Origin: the human T2T-CHM13v2.0 reference genome, Homo sapiens | Reading direction: 5' to 3' (one strand) | Length of the DNA: 64,000 nucleotides | NCBI RefSeq assembly: GCF_009914755.1 | Contig: NC_060926.1 | Shown here: piece by piece, positions 28,436-42,350 of the stretch | Position numbering within the stretch: the stretch's first letter is position 1 | Layout of the letters: every line of letters starts with the position of its first letter | Made by a program: the position numbers and the translations under genes | Notes under the pieces: generated by a model | What the model saw: only the letters and a program-made list of their open reading frames with translations | What the model was told of the DNA's origin: nothing | Databases searched by the model: none

Positions 28436-29007
28436 AAGAAAGCAGCAGATCATGTCTTCCATTCTCCCAAGATATTTTATCTTTCAGTAGAATGATACCT
28501 AGTAGCAGACTAACAACCATATGGACAAGCAGGATGCTGAATCTCAATATATGTAAGATGGAATATAACAGAATGACCAGAAATTAGAATTTCATTTTCA
28601 TATGCTGTTGTTCAATTATTTTTTCACTTTTAGTATGGATTAATTAAAAGGATTGAGTTTGTCATTATGAGAACTTGAACTTTTATTGTTATAAACTGAG
28701 GACATCAATGTATGTTATTCTGGATTTTCAACTATTTTGATGTGAGATTTTATAAATGTTATGAGTTATATATGTTAGCACATGTGGAATGGTGACTGAA
28801 GAATTTGTTTGCACAATTTAGAATGATCTTGTCCTTTTAAAATACCAGTTTAGTTTACTTGGTATACCAGGCTCTCTTTTGACATTAATGTAACTTTTGA
28901 GACATTAGGTTAGACATAGCTTAGCTTTAAATTCTGTCCAAAAGCAATTTATGGTATGCCTGTATTGTATTAGGTGCTAGAGTAAATGAGGTTATACTAC
29001 TTTTCAA

Positions 29008-29298
<291 letters not shown>

Positions 29299-29911
29299 GC
29301 TTTTCAGTTTATAATCTGTTTTGGAATGAAAGACGGCCTGAAATGTACAGATATCATGTTTAGGCAGAATCACCAGTAGGTGTTGGTTATATAAAGTATG
29401 TTGTATGATGAAAAATATCTTATAACTTTAAAAAGTATGTGCTAGTAAGGAAGGATTGGCAAGATACACTGTTAGTGAAAACAGCAAACAAAACAACATT
29501 TATAACATCCTGAGGGTGGCGTTTGTGTGTGTGGATGAGGGAGCTATGTATACATGTGTAAGTGTACCCATGGACAGTGTTTGGAAAGACTTTATAAGAA
29601 ACTTGGTGATGGTTCCTTCTGGGGAGTACGACTCTGAGGGTCTTGTGTAGGAAGATGGACTTTTCATTGTACGCTTTTTCAAAAAAAATTTTACATAATA
29701 TTTTTGTTTAAAAAAATTGCCCAGTCTCTGAACATGGCTTTAAGAAATGTGTCTAATAATATATACATATACCCACTGTTATTTTAGTGATTTTTTCTGA
29801 ATATTGAAATGGACCCATTTGCAGGAAAGCTTGATTTGAGCTGTGAAGTTTGTTTTCAAAGCCTATACTGGCAGAGGCTCATGTTTACTTACCATATTAT
29901 TTTCTTTATAG

Positions 29912-30091
29912 GGAGACCAAATTTTGAGGAAGGTGGACCAACATCAGTAGGGAGAAAGCATGAATTTATACGCTCAGAAAGTGAAAATTGGCGCATCTTT
30001 AGAGAGGAACAAAATGGAGAAGATGAAGATGGAGGTTGGCGACTAGCTGGATCAAGGAGGGATGGAGAGAGGTGGCGACCTCACAGTCCTG
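29912..30091 (+). CDS. GIGYF2: GIGYF2 coding exon (GRPNFEEGG...RWRPHSP)
   Basis: tttctttatAG acceptor; CTG|GTAAGA donor; 180 nt; lies within ORF 29809-30111. Confidence 0.96.
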
Positions 30092-33000
30092 GTAAGAATT
30101 CTGTTGAGTAAAGGCACACAGGGACTGAAATAAGGGAAAGTTTGATGGAAATAGGGATTAAATGAAAAAGATAAACTGGCTTAAAAAATGTGGGGGTGGA
30201 TTCATATTATTTATGCTGTCACAGTTTTATTACTAGAAAAAATTGCAACATAAAAATTTCCTACATCTATTCAGTTGATTGAAATCACTTTTCTATTTTT
30301 CTGGGGCAAATAGTGTAGTTTAATGGGAAGCACCTGCGCTCAACTGCAGAAATGAGGGTTTCATTCAGTTTTGTCTACCTCTAAATCTCTGAATCTTTTT
30401 TAGCATTCTTTAAGATTTATAAATGTGTAAAAATTACACACTTGAAATATGTGCTTCCCTCCCCAACAATGAGTGTTTTTCCTAACAAGAAAGGGTTTAT
30501 TCTTTCATTTTTTCCCTTTTGAAAATGTGATTTAACCTTATTTGAAGAATAAGCTTTAAACCTAGGTCAGAAACATAATCACAAGTTCATTCTTATGTCC
30601 TTCTAACTTTAGAAGAAGGAGAGACAATAGTAGTGATTAGTGGCTTTTAAAGTTCTTCTGTTTGTCTCTTAAAAATGCTCAAACTGTTCTTCTTGGACAT
30701 TAGATATGCTAGTAATTGAAGACACTAGTGCTTTGTGTTAAAGTTCATCCTGTACCACAGTGCTGATTCCATGCCTCATGATAATCAGATGCAACTGTAG
30801 TTCCAATTGTGGGGTCATGCAAAACTGAAGCACACAGAGTATATGTGGAATGCCCTATGAATTTCATGTGTATGACAGTATTTTATCAACCATGTGCCAG
30901 AGGGGCTTACCTTTAATACAGGAAATTATGATAAGTAAACTGTTTTCACTTTTAAAAATCAAGTTATTAGCAAAACCACTAGCTTAGATCTGGGTAGACA
31001 TTATAACAGGCATTCAGAGTATTTTAAGGAAGTGGTAGGTAGATAGAAACATACTGAAGTTAATGTTTGGGTAGAGTTAGGATGGTTTTATACCAACTCT
31101 TCATGGCTGCCTCTTGGGTGGGTTTTCTGTCATTAGTGGGCATTGTTTACATCACAAGGTCTAGACAATTTTCATTAGTCTGTGACCTGGGCCAGATGTT
31201 ATAGTTCTCTAAAAGGCATCACTGCATTTTATGCTGAGCTTGTCCGTAGGCAGAGGGTTTGTAGACTATGTTCCCAACAAGCATTCAGTGAAGAATGGAT
31301 AGGATCTGGGCTGAGAGAGAAAAGAAATTCCAGCTGGTCAAAAACAAACAAGGTGAATGTTTTGGAAGATGAACTGTGTTTTTTGAGCCCAAATGTCTGA
31401 TGTTGATTCTATTAAAGGGAGTTTAACAAAGTACCTCCCACCCAACAACTTAGAATTTGGTTATATATTATCTTCTTCTCATCTTTTCTGAATCTTTCTT
31501 TCCCCCTAATATTTGACTTTCATATCATTTTTGTCATCAACTTGTGTATCTTCCAGAACTTTTAATCCATATACATATATATTTTTTCAGTCACACCTGT
31601 GGCTGAAATCCATATATTTTTAAAAGACAGTTTGGGGGATATAAAGATCCCCCAAATATAAAGTTTGGGTCTGAAAAAACAGTGTAAATGCATTTTAAAA
31701 AAGAATACGATTCACTTTTTAAACCCAGTATATTCAAAGTATAGCCTGATTATAGCAGTTTTCATATGTTAACTCTTAACGTTTGTTAGTTTATGGTTAA
31801 TCTTTTATTAAGATTTGAGTAAAACTTTAAATTATTTTAACTGATTTTATGAAAATAGTATCCAACTTTAGTTTAGATGTAGGGTCTGTAAATCAGCAGT
31901 CAGCCTTAATAAGTACCTTGCATGTCTTACTTGCTATGTTTAGTTTCGTGAGTAAAATTTTATGAACTACTGATAAGATAACATTATGGGATATAAAATA
32001 GGGCTTCCGGCTGGATGTGCGTGGGGGTGGGAACATTAAGGACAGGGAGGCATCCAGTCTGGGAGCTGAACCTAGGAAAGTCAGTAAGAGGAGAAACATG
32101 AGCCAGGTACCTAGAAGGATAGATTCCTGTCATGATGTACATTTAGACTGTTAGAAATGAAAGCAGTACAGAGGGCTCTGGAATTCATTTGATCATGAAG
32201 ACTCTTTTCACATAATGGCTCTAGGTTTCCACGTAAGCAGTCTGAGTATAAAATTCCTTAGTTCTCATAGGAAGTAGTAAATAGTGTTTTGTTGTTTTTA
32301 TATGAAGGGATGGGAGTGTGGGACTAAGATTTCTTTTTTGTGAGTGGCTTATCAGATGCTACCTGTATTTGGCATTTTAACGTTTTGCCCTTTGTTTTCC
32401 AATTTGATTTTTAGATTGCTGGTTTTTGCAAAGTTTGTCTCAATAGTGAGAACATTTAACTCTGGCCACATTTCTTTTTCTTATCCCCCACAGAGAAAGC
32501 AGTCAAGGATGGAAAATTCTAATAGGTTAAAGCCTGCTTTTCTTTTTAAGACTCTTTTAGACTCAGGTCTGTCAGATTTTAGCAAGAGTTTCCCTTTCTT
32601 TTTTTTAGAAAAATATCTTAAGTAGGATCTCTTATTATTAGGCAATCTTTTCTTCTGTTGGGAAATGTAGATTTGGGAATGTCCGTAGGGGTATTATATG
32701 GATAGGGAGAATTAAGAGATGAGAAAGAAGGGAGAGGAGTAAGTATGTTATTGTGGAACAAGCAGCAGAGGGTGCAGAATTGGATTTTAGTTCTACTTTG
32801 CCATGTGCGAGTTACTTCTGCTGGCAAAGTTTTAGTTTCTTCTTAAACTATAAAATTAGGATAGTGAACTTCATAAAATCTCTGTGACAACTTTCAGCAC
32901 TGTAATTTTGTGAATTTTTGGGGGAGGATCAGAATTACAAGTGGGAACCTGGCATTAATAAATAGTCATGATGAGTTTGATATAAGTCAACACAGGGAGC

Positions 33001-33459
33001 TGATTTTATCCACAAACAATGATATTTTCATGGGAAGAAAGAAAATGCTTTAAGATTGGGCAAAAGGAAGGTGTAAACTTCAGTATGGAAGGATGTCTAG
33101 TGCATTAAGTCTGGATGAGGAGTTGGCGGCTAATCAGTATTTTAATCAAGTACCTAGGACTTACTGAAAGTGCGTACTTGGAATACAGTGTCCTTTAAAT
33201 GTACTGCATTTTAGATTTATCTTTTAAAGCTTTAGAGTATGTTGCCTGGCTCAGTACTTAAGTACTGTTGTCATCTCGTAATGGTACATATACTCTGAAC
33301 TCTGAACTTCATTTAGTTGCCTAATGTTCTCTTTACTAGGTCAGTCCATTTGAGTTTGCGGTCACTTGTAGTTTTCTCCTTTATTTTCTATTCCTGATTT
33401 TCTTATTCAAATACTGTCATAAAACTTTTCTAAGGTTTGTGTCCTCCTTCTCATCTCAG

Positions 33460-33677
33460 ATGGCCCTCGTTCTGCAGGCTGGCGGGAACACATGGAACGA
33501 CGTCGGAGGTTTGAGTTTGATTTTCGAGATAGAGATGATGAACGGGGTTACCGAAGGGTTCGCTCTGGCAGTGGGAGCATAGATGATGACAGGGATAGCT
33601 TGCCCGAATGGTGCTTAGAGGATGCTGAAGAAGAAATGGGTACATTTGACTCATCTGGAGCATTCCTTTCTCTAAAA
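33460..33677 (+). CDS. GIGYF2: GIGYF2 coding exon containing the DDX6/Me31B-binding motif (PEWCLEDAEEEMGTFDSSGAF)
   Basis: CAG acceptor ending 33459; AAA|GTAAGA donor; 218 nt; an alternative in-frame acceptor ends at 33477. Confidence 0.95.
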
Positions 33678-33769
33678 GTAAGAAACGTGTTTTAAATGTC
33701 ATGACCAGCATTAACCTTATACCAAAGCCAAATCTGCTGTTGATCTTTGGTTTTATTCTCTTTCTACAG

Positions 33770-33932
33770 AAAGTACAGAAAGAGCCTATTCCAGAAGAGC
33801 AGGAGATGGACTTCCGGCCTGTGGACGAAGGGGAGGAGTGCTCTGACTCTGAGGGTAGCCATAATGAAGAGGCCAAAGAACCCGATAAGACAAATAAGAA
33901 AGAAGGAGAGAAAACAGATAGAGTAGGAGTTG
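33770..33932 (+). CDS. GIGYF2: GIGYF2 coding exon (KVQKEPIPEEQEMDF...DRVGV)
   Basis: ctctttctacAG acceptor; TTG|GTAAGG donor; 163 nt. Confidence 0.95.
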
Positions 33933-34019
33933 GTAAGGCCTCTTCTTGCCCTTTGCCTTTTTTTTCCTCCATCAAACCAAAACTTTCGTAAGTTCAACTA
34001 AGATTACTTCGTGTTCCAG

Positions 34020-34208
34020 AAGCTAGTGAGGAAACTCCCCAGACCTCATCATCATCTGCTAGACCAGGTACTCCTTCAGACCATCAGTCTCAGGAAGCAT
34101 CACAGTTTGAGAGGAAAGATGAACCAAAAACTGAGCAAACGGAAAAAGCTGAAGAGGAGACTCGGATGGAAAATAGTCTACCAGCCAAAGTGCCCAGCAG
34201 AGGGGATG
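34020..34208 (+). CDS. GIGYF2: GIGYF2 coding exon (EASEETPQTSSSS...VPSRGD)
   Basis: gtgttccAG acceptor; ATG|GTATGT donor; 189 nt; frame continuous. Confidence 0.94.
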
Positions 34209-35209
34209 GTATGTATTTGTGGGAATAGACAAGCTAAAATAGGATTCTGCTGAGGCCAGTGATCACTGATAAGTTAGGCTTCTGCTTATGCCTCCTAGAA
34301 CTGCTTTTAGTGGGTGAATTATCGGAATAGATTATTTTACCAGTAAACCCAGTCAAACAGTGCTTCTCACGTATGTGTCCATCTCAGAATTACCAAAACA
34401 GAGTTCGAATCTGCAAGGGTGGAGCTCTGGAATCTCATGTCCTAAGGTGTTATGACATAGCCACCCTGTCATTACTGGTGAACTGGGTGTCATAGCCTTT
34501 GCATTAGTTTGATTCCCGTATTAGACAGTTACCTTCCTTTCATGTGTTGACTAATTATGTGCCCAGCTTAAATTACCAGATGACACACCAAAATGCCATT
34601 TTTCTAAAAGAGGACAAGTAGAGAACATATGTGAATCTGTGGCAGAATAAGCTTAAAACATATCTCTTTCAGTTGTTAGTGTATTGGTTTAAGTTGCTCA
34701 TACACTTTATTAGGCAATATTAATGCTCATTTCCATGTTTCTTCTTGTACGTATTTAAAAATGTCATTGTAATGCCTGACGTTGAAGGGTTACTTGATTC
34801 ATTTACCATAAAAATTGATACCCTTTAACATGGCATATGAGACACTGCACAATCTGGCATCTGCTTCCCTTTGTGCAGTTTCATTGCCAGCCTCTTTACT
34901 TCCCTCACGTTCTACTTACCAGCCTCAAAGCCTTTTAGGTCCTGAACTGTCTCCTGTTTTCTAGGATTCGTACCTTAGCACATCCTTTTCTCTGTTCTTG
35001 AAACTCTCTTCCACCCAAAGCCCCCAAACTAGGGTAGGTGTCTTCTTCGTTTCTTAAACAACCAGGCTTATTTCTAACATAGCATTATAATATCATAAAG
35101 ATGTTTATTACCTTGTTTTCCCAGTAGACTAATATTTTGAGAGCTCAAACCCAGGAATTTTTCAATTTTTTAAATGTCTAGAACAAAGCTGATTATTTTT
35201 TTAAAGAGA

Positions 35210-35442
35210 TGGGATTAACTGGGTGTGATGGCACGTGCTTGTAATCCCAGCTACTCGGGAAGCTGAAATGGGGGAGATCACTTGAGCCCAGGAGTTTGAG
35301 AACAGTGTGGACAACATAGCAATAGCAAGACCCCTGTCTCTAAAAACAAAACAACAACAAAAATGAGACAGGGCCTCACTATGTTGTTCAGGCTGGATCC
35401 GAACTCCTGGGCTCAAGTGATCCTCCTGCCCTTAGCTTCCTG
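35210..35442. mobile_element. Alu monomer (+) fused to a reverse Alu fragment
   Basis: Alu consensus pieces in opposite orientations. Confidence 0.7.
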
Positions 35443-35699
35443 GTTAGCTCAGCAAGTATTTGAATCTGTGCTCTACATAGCAGGCACTGTGAGACTGATA
35501 TATCTTTGAGGCAGTTTGATTTGTAGTAGGATATGCCCCAGAACTACTTGTGGTACATTCTTTTGAATGTACGTGCTTGAAGCCTTATTCAGGAAATTCT
35601 TGGATCAAGTCTAGATATATATATTCTGAGAAGGCTTCATAGATGTACATTAAAGGTCGAAACTCCAGATTTATAGTGTGTAGAGGAGATAAAGTGTGC

Positions 35700-36800
35700 A
35701 TATATCACTATTCTAGGGCAAAAAGTAAGATAAGGGTTCACTGTTGGCAGACTCTTGGGATGCTTCAGGAAGTAGGTGGTCTCTGAACACATCTTGGAAT
35801 AATAAGTAGAATTTGGAGGTAAGTGTAGATAGATGAATTGGGAGAAGGCATTCCAGTACTAGGGAGCAGTGAAAGCTAAAGTGAAGAAGTGGGACTGATC
35901 CAGGCTTGGGCAGGAAATCAGCTCTTGTTTTTATTTGATGAAATATGAAGTGTGAAAAGGAGGATATTGGGAAACGTAGTTAGAACATGGATTTGACAGC
36001 AGGGTATAGACTATCTTGTGATGACAGTTTGGCTTCACTGTGACCGCTTAGACTCCTGAGCAGTCACTATGGGGTAGATAGTACACCTGTAAAGGGAAGT
36101 TGTGGCAGGTGAGATTTTAAAGTAGAAACTGTCAGGACTCAGTCATTGACTGGATATCAGGGTAAAGAAGAGGGAAGAGCCAAAGAGGATTATAAGAGGA
36201 TTATGGTGCCATTCACACGAAAAGAAGAGGGAAGAGCCAAAGAGCCTGAGAGGATTATGGTGCCATTCACCATAGAGGAGCACACTGGGGAGAGGAGAGA
36301 GAAATTCAGTTTTGAACACTGGTTCTGAGGTGTTGACGAGAAGAAGTTAAGTGGAGATGGCGAGAGAGCAGTTGTGAATGAGGGACTGTAGCTAGATGGG
36401 AGTAGTTTAGGGTTAGAGAGAGAATGAAAATTGAAAAGATTGCATATACTTAGTAGGGGTAAGAAGAAAAGAACTTTGAGTAATTCCCATTTTTAAAGGG
36501 TAGAAGAAGAGGAACCAGAGAAAAATCCTCAGAGGTAAAAGTAGAGACAGGAGAGTAGAGTGCAGGGAAACTAAGGAATGGGGATGTTTTAGCTTAGAAT
36601 TGAGTTGATAATGTCAGATGCTACTAAGAGATTGGATGAGGAAGACTAGGAAAAGTCATTGTATTTGGCAACTTTGTGTCACTGCTTATCTTTGAGAGAG
36701 GAGCTTTACTGGAAAGGTGAGAGTAGAAGTCCCCTTATAGCAGGTGTGAGTAAAGTGGAGACAGCATGTATAGACTATCCTTTTAAAAAGTATGGCAAAG
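35700..36800 (+). mobile_element. Degenerate L2 fragment
   Basis: Purine-rich sequence with L2-like motifs (GGTGCCATTCAC, TTCAGTTTTGAACA, GTCAGATGCT). Confidence 0.55.
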
Positions 36801-37509
36801 AATGAGTCAGTGAGAGGAGCAGGAATTTGGAGAAGCTATCTGTAATTGAACAAACAAGATTTCAAAGGGGAAACTGCGATTATACCTAATTACTTCCATC
36901 CCCCTTTTCCTTCTTAAGAACCTGCACACTGAGAGGTTAGAAATAGGAACAAAGACAGAACCTCTTTTATAATTTGTATTCCTATTGAGAAGAACATCCT
37001 GCACTGTACAGGTAGACTCCAAGTGCTTCTAATTATCCTACAACATGTAATATATTGAATTATATTAATCATGACTTGAAACAGGTACTTACTGAGCATA
37101 ATCATTGATATTTTCAGTAAAGGTTTTGATGAGAGATGACATATCTTTCAGAAGATTTAGGGTGCATTGTTAACTTTTACAATTGGAGACATGTTATGAA
37201 GAAAGGATTAGACTGATTGTTTCTAAGAGGTCAACCTGTAACTGGGTAGATGCTCTGGTGACACAGGTAAGCCCTGGAGAAGCACCTTTTAGATACCTTT
37301 TAACTCTTACCTTTTGTCATTCTGTGTAGGTAATTTTGTCACTCTAGGAAGGAATATTACGTTTCTCCATAGAAGTAGCTTCACTGTTCATGACAGGGCT
37401 CACGTTTTCTGTTTGGCCCATTTAGCAGGCTGTGCGACTTGATAATGTAGTTAGCCTTCACAGAAGTCTCTGTATTTCAAAGGATTTTCATCTGATTTTT
37501 TCCCCCTAG

Positions 37510-37706
37510 AAATGGTTGCTGATGTCCAGCAGCCCCTGTCGCAGATTCCTTCAGATACAGCCTCTCCTCTTCTCATACTTCCACCTCCTGTTCCCAATCC
37601 TAGTCCTACTCTCCGGCCAGTTGAAACACCAGTTGTAGGTGCTCCTGGTATGGGCAGTGTTTCCACAGAACCTGATGATGAAGAAGGTCTCAAACATTTG
37701 GAGCAG
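37510..37706 (+). CDS. GIGYF2: GIGYF2 coding exon, proline-rich (EMVADVQQP...KHLEQ)
   Basis: ttttttccccctAG acceptor; CAG|GTAAAA donor; 197 nt. Confidence 0.95.
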
Positions 37707-38375
37707 GTAAAAATCCTGTTAATTCTTTTTGTCTCCTCTTAAACTGCCGTAAGAATTAGCAGGCATTGCATGAATATTCAAACATAAAACTTTTGTCACT
37801 AGATTTTAAGTACTGGAAAAACTGGATATTTAGTGTTTATTTGTACAAGTCATTGTCTTTCAAATCATTTCATGCTTATAAGTTTCTGCTATGTAGTAGT
37901 CATTATGTCAGGTTATTTTTTGCTCTTAGGTTGCCCTTAGCTATTTACTTTTCTTTTTTCTTTTTGGACATTAATGGAATGCCAAAAATGGTGAATACAA
38001 GCAGCTGTGGATGGTCACTGTATCTTTTGTATTTTTTGCTTCAAGTATAACAGGGAAAATAGTTAAACTTTCAGAGCATTAACATCTTATTCATGTCTCT
38101 AAATTTCCCCAAGATTGTGTGTACCATTGTTATATGTAAAGTAAGTGATAGCTTGCTTTTCTACGAAAGAATTTCTCTTCCCTTTGGGGTGGGATGGTTA
38201 GTGGCAGGAAATGCTGAAGAAAGGAAAAAGCGAGATAGTGTCTTAGTAAAACTTGTAAAACGTTTCATTTATAATTGTATTAATTGAGCCTTTTGTTCTA
38301 TTAACATTCTTTTTACAGGTTTAGTTTATACCATTTAGAGTTGACCAACAGCTTATTAGTTTAAAAAGTACTCTT

Positions 38376-38510
38376 AGCCAGGCAAGGAGGTGCATGTCCT
38401 GTAGTCCTAGCTGCTTGGGGAGGCTGAGGTAGGAGGATCGCTTGAACCCAGGAGTTCAAGAACAGTCTGGATAACGTGATGAGATCTCATCTCTATTAAA
38501 AACAAACAAA
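38376..38510 (+). mobile_element. FLAM/Alu monomer
   Basis: Monomer with TSD AAAGTACTCTTA. Confidence 0.8.
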
Positions 38511-38823
38511 GTACTCTTACTAGTGTTGATTTGAACCCTGGGCTTTGATCCAGAGCAGTGTTTGTTTTAATCTTAGTTGATTTGATTAGTAATTTTCAGA
38601 CCTTGAACAAGACTTGGCATCTCTGAGCTTTAGCATCCCCCTCTGTAAAATGGGGATAGTACCTGTTTCATGGCATTGTTGGGAGAAGTTACCTGCTATG
38701 TTCTTTGCATAGTGACTTTCATAGATCAAGTAGTCCAAAAAAAAGGGGCAGGCACTGTTATTATGTGTACAAGTACTAATTTAGGATCATTTGTTTCCTT
38801 GATTTTTGTTTTTCTGTTACTAG

Positions 38824-38983
38824 CAAGCTGAGAAAATGGTGGCTTATCTCCAAGACAGTGCACTAGATGATGAAAGATTGGCATCAAAACTGCAAGAGCA
38901 CAGAGCTAAAGGAGTGTCGATTCCATTGATGCATGAAGCAATGCAGAAGTGGTATTACAAAGATCCTCAGGGAGAAATTCAAG
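38824..38983 (+). CDS. GIGYF2: GIGYF2 coding exon, N-terminal half of the GYF domain (QAEKMVAYL...KWYYKDPQGEIQ)
   Basis: TAG acceptor ending 38823; non-canonical AAG|GCAAGT donor; 160 nt; WYYKDPQGEIQG motif. Confidence 0.93.
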
Positions 38984-39185
38984 GCAAGTTGTTCCTTTTT
39001 CCTTTAAATACTGAAGTGTGTGCCATTACCTCCAGAATCTCTAAGAAGGGATTTGTTTAATTTAAATTATAGTAGAAAAAGAAGTCAACAAGCACACACG
39101 CGCGCACACACGCAGACTAGAAGTGTTTCTGATTTCAGATGTTTTTAGATTTCTTCCCAATTTTGGAATAATTGCATTGTACATA

Positions 39186-39677
<492 letters not shown>

Positions 39678-40250
39678 TTAAGCAAATGTTTAAGACTTTT
39701 TAAAACTTAAGCAAAACGTTTAAGACGCTCAGCTCTGGCATCTCAGTTGGTTAAGTAGGCAGGTAGCCTACTCACCTCTGTGTTTCCGTTTCCCTGACTC
39801 TGAAAAGGTGATGGCAGCAGTAGTGTTGGAGGACCTTGACTGTTTTTTTTTTTCAAGTGGAGTTGATAAAAATGGTAGAGAACTACTAAAAATGTCAGAT
39901 AAAATATAGTACTGTATTACAAATGAATCCCTTAGAAGATTTGTGTGGTGTGTAAGTTCGATTAGAATGGGCACAGAATGCTATCTATAAAGGATATTTG
40001 TTGATTCTTCATTTCTGCTTTTGAAATCTATCCTGTTACCCTGAAATTGGTTGGTCACTTCATATTAGTGTAATTTTAGTGATAGCATTTTACTGTGTGC
40101 CCACCCTGTGAGCTCTCTCCAATGAATTAACTCCCCTTGCACTCTCAATCCCCTTACCCTGCCTATTCTCCTTCACAGCATTTATTACTACCTGGCATTT
40201 TACATGTTTGTTCATTGTTTACACTCTGGTAAGATACACGAGAGCAGGGC

Positions 40251-40252
<2 letters not shown>

Positions 40253-40287
<35 letters not shown>
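40253..40287. repeat. (GT)n microsatellite
   Basis: About 17 GT units. Confidence 0.95.
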
Positions 40288-40291
<4 letters not shown>

Positions 40292-41695
40292 AACCAAATT
40301 TATTTTGGGATAATCATAGCTATATATGTAATTATAAGGAATAATACAGAGAGATTCCATATACCCTTTATACAGCTTCCCCTGGTGGTAACCTCTTGCA
40401 GAACTATAGTACAGTAACACAAGTGGGACATTGACATTTGTATGGTCAAGATTCAGAACATGGCTGATTGTGGTGGCTCATGCCTGTAATCCCAGCATTT
40501 GGAAGGCCAGGGTGGGTAGACCACTTGAGGCCAGGAGTTCAAGACCAGACTGGCCAACATGGTGAAACCCCATCTCTACTAAAAATACGAAAATTAGCTG
40601 GATGTGGTGGCATGTGCCTGTAGTCCCAGCTACTTAGGTGGCTGAGGCATGAGAATCACTTGAACCCAGGAGGCGGAGGTTGCTGTGAGCCGAGATTGTG
40701 CCACTGTACTTTAATCTGTGTGACAGAGTGAGACTGTGCCTCCAAAAAAAAAAAAAAAAAAAAAAAAAAGATTCAGAACATTTCCATCTCCACAGAGATT
40801 CTTCAGGTTGCTCTTTTATAGCCACCTGAGCTTCCCTTCTACCCCAACTCCTTTGTTAACCTCTAGCAATGACTAATCTGTTCTCCAGCTCTGCATTTTG
40901 TCATTGCAAGAATGGAATGGAATCACACTTTTGGAGATTGGTTCTATTCACTCAGCATAATTCTCTGGAGATTAATCCAGGTTGTTGCATATATCAGTAG
41001 CTTGTGTCTTTTTATTCCTGAGTAGTATTGTGTGATATGAATGTTATCAAAGTTTGTTTAACCATTCACCCATTGAAGGACATCTGGGTTGTTAAAGTTT
41101 TGGGGCTATAATGAATAAAGCTGCTATAAACATTTATGGACATGTTTTTGAGGGAACATAAGTGTTCATTCCTCTGGGCTAAATGCCCAGGAGTGCATTT
41201 GCTGAGTTGTATGGTAGTTCTATGCTTAGTTTTAAAAGAAACTGCCAAACTGTTTCCCAGAGTGGCTATACCATTTCATATGCCCACCAGCAATGTATGA
41301 GCAATCCAGTTTCTCCACATCCTTATCAGCATTTGATGTTTTTGCTATTTTTCTGTTTTAACCATTCTGAGAGGTGTGTAGTGATACCTCACTGGGGTTT
41401 TAAATTTACATTACATTTCCCTAATGGCTAATGATGTTGAACATCTTTGCATGTTCTTACTGGCCATCTATTTGTCCTCTTCATTCAAGTTTTTCTTCAT
41501 GTTTCATGTCTTTTTTGTTCATGTCCTAATTGGATTGTTTGCTTATTTTACGTTTTTTTTTTAATTCATTTTAAATATTGTTAAAATACACTTAAAATTT
41601 ACCATCTTAGCCATTTTTAAATATATGGTTCAGTGGTATTAAATACTTTTTCATCTTCCCAAATTGGAACTGTATACATTAAACAATAGTTCCTC

Positions 41696-41743
41696 ATTTC
41701 CTCCAGTCCCTGGCAATTACCATTGCCAGGGACTGGAGGAAAT
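41696..41743. repeat. Perfect 22-bp inverted repeat with a 4-nt loop
   Basis: ATTTCCTCCAGTCCCTGGCAAT-TACC-ATTGCCAGGGACTGGAGGAAAT. Confidence 0.95.
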
Positions 41744-42314
41744 CTGTTTCTATGAATTTTCTATCTGTTTCTATGAATTTTACTATTCCGAGCACCTCAT
41801 GTAAGTGGAATCGTGCAGTATTTGTCTTTTGACTGGCTTATTTCACTTAGCATAATGTCCTCAAGGTTTGTTCATGTTGTAGCATGTGTCAAAATTTCCT
41901 TCCTTTTTAAGACTGAATAATATTCCCCTGTAGGTGTATAACACATTTTGCTTATCCATTTCATCTATTGATGGACACTTGGATTGTTTTCATGTTATAG
42001 TTATTGTGAATAATGTTGCTATGGGCCAGGTGTGGTGGTTCACGCCTGTAATTCTGACCCTTTGGGAGGCTGAGGTGGGAGGATTGCTTGAGCCCAGGAG
42101 TTTGAGACCAGCGTGGGAAACATGGAGAGACCTTGTCTCTATAAAAAAAAAAATAAAAAATTAGCTGGGTGTGGGATGGTGTGTGCCTGTAGTCCCAACT
42201 ACTCAGGAGACTGAGGCAGGAGGATCACTTGAGCCCAGGAGTTGGAAGCTGCAGTGAGCTATGATAGCACCACTGCACTCCAGCCTGGGTGACACAGCAA
42301 GACCCTGTCTTTAA

Positions 42315-42350
<36 letters not shown>

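Noticed and set aside
33451-33975. 174-aa minus-strand ORF
   Set aside because: It is the antisense shadow of purine-rich GIGYF2 exons and introns, with no independent gene signals.
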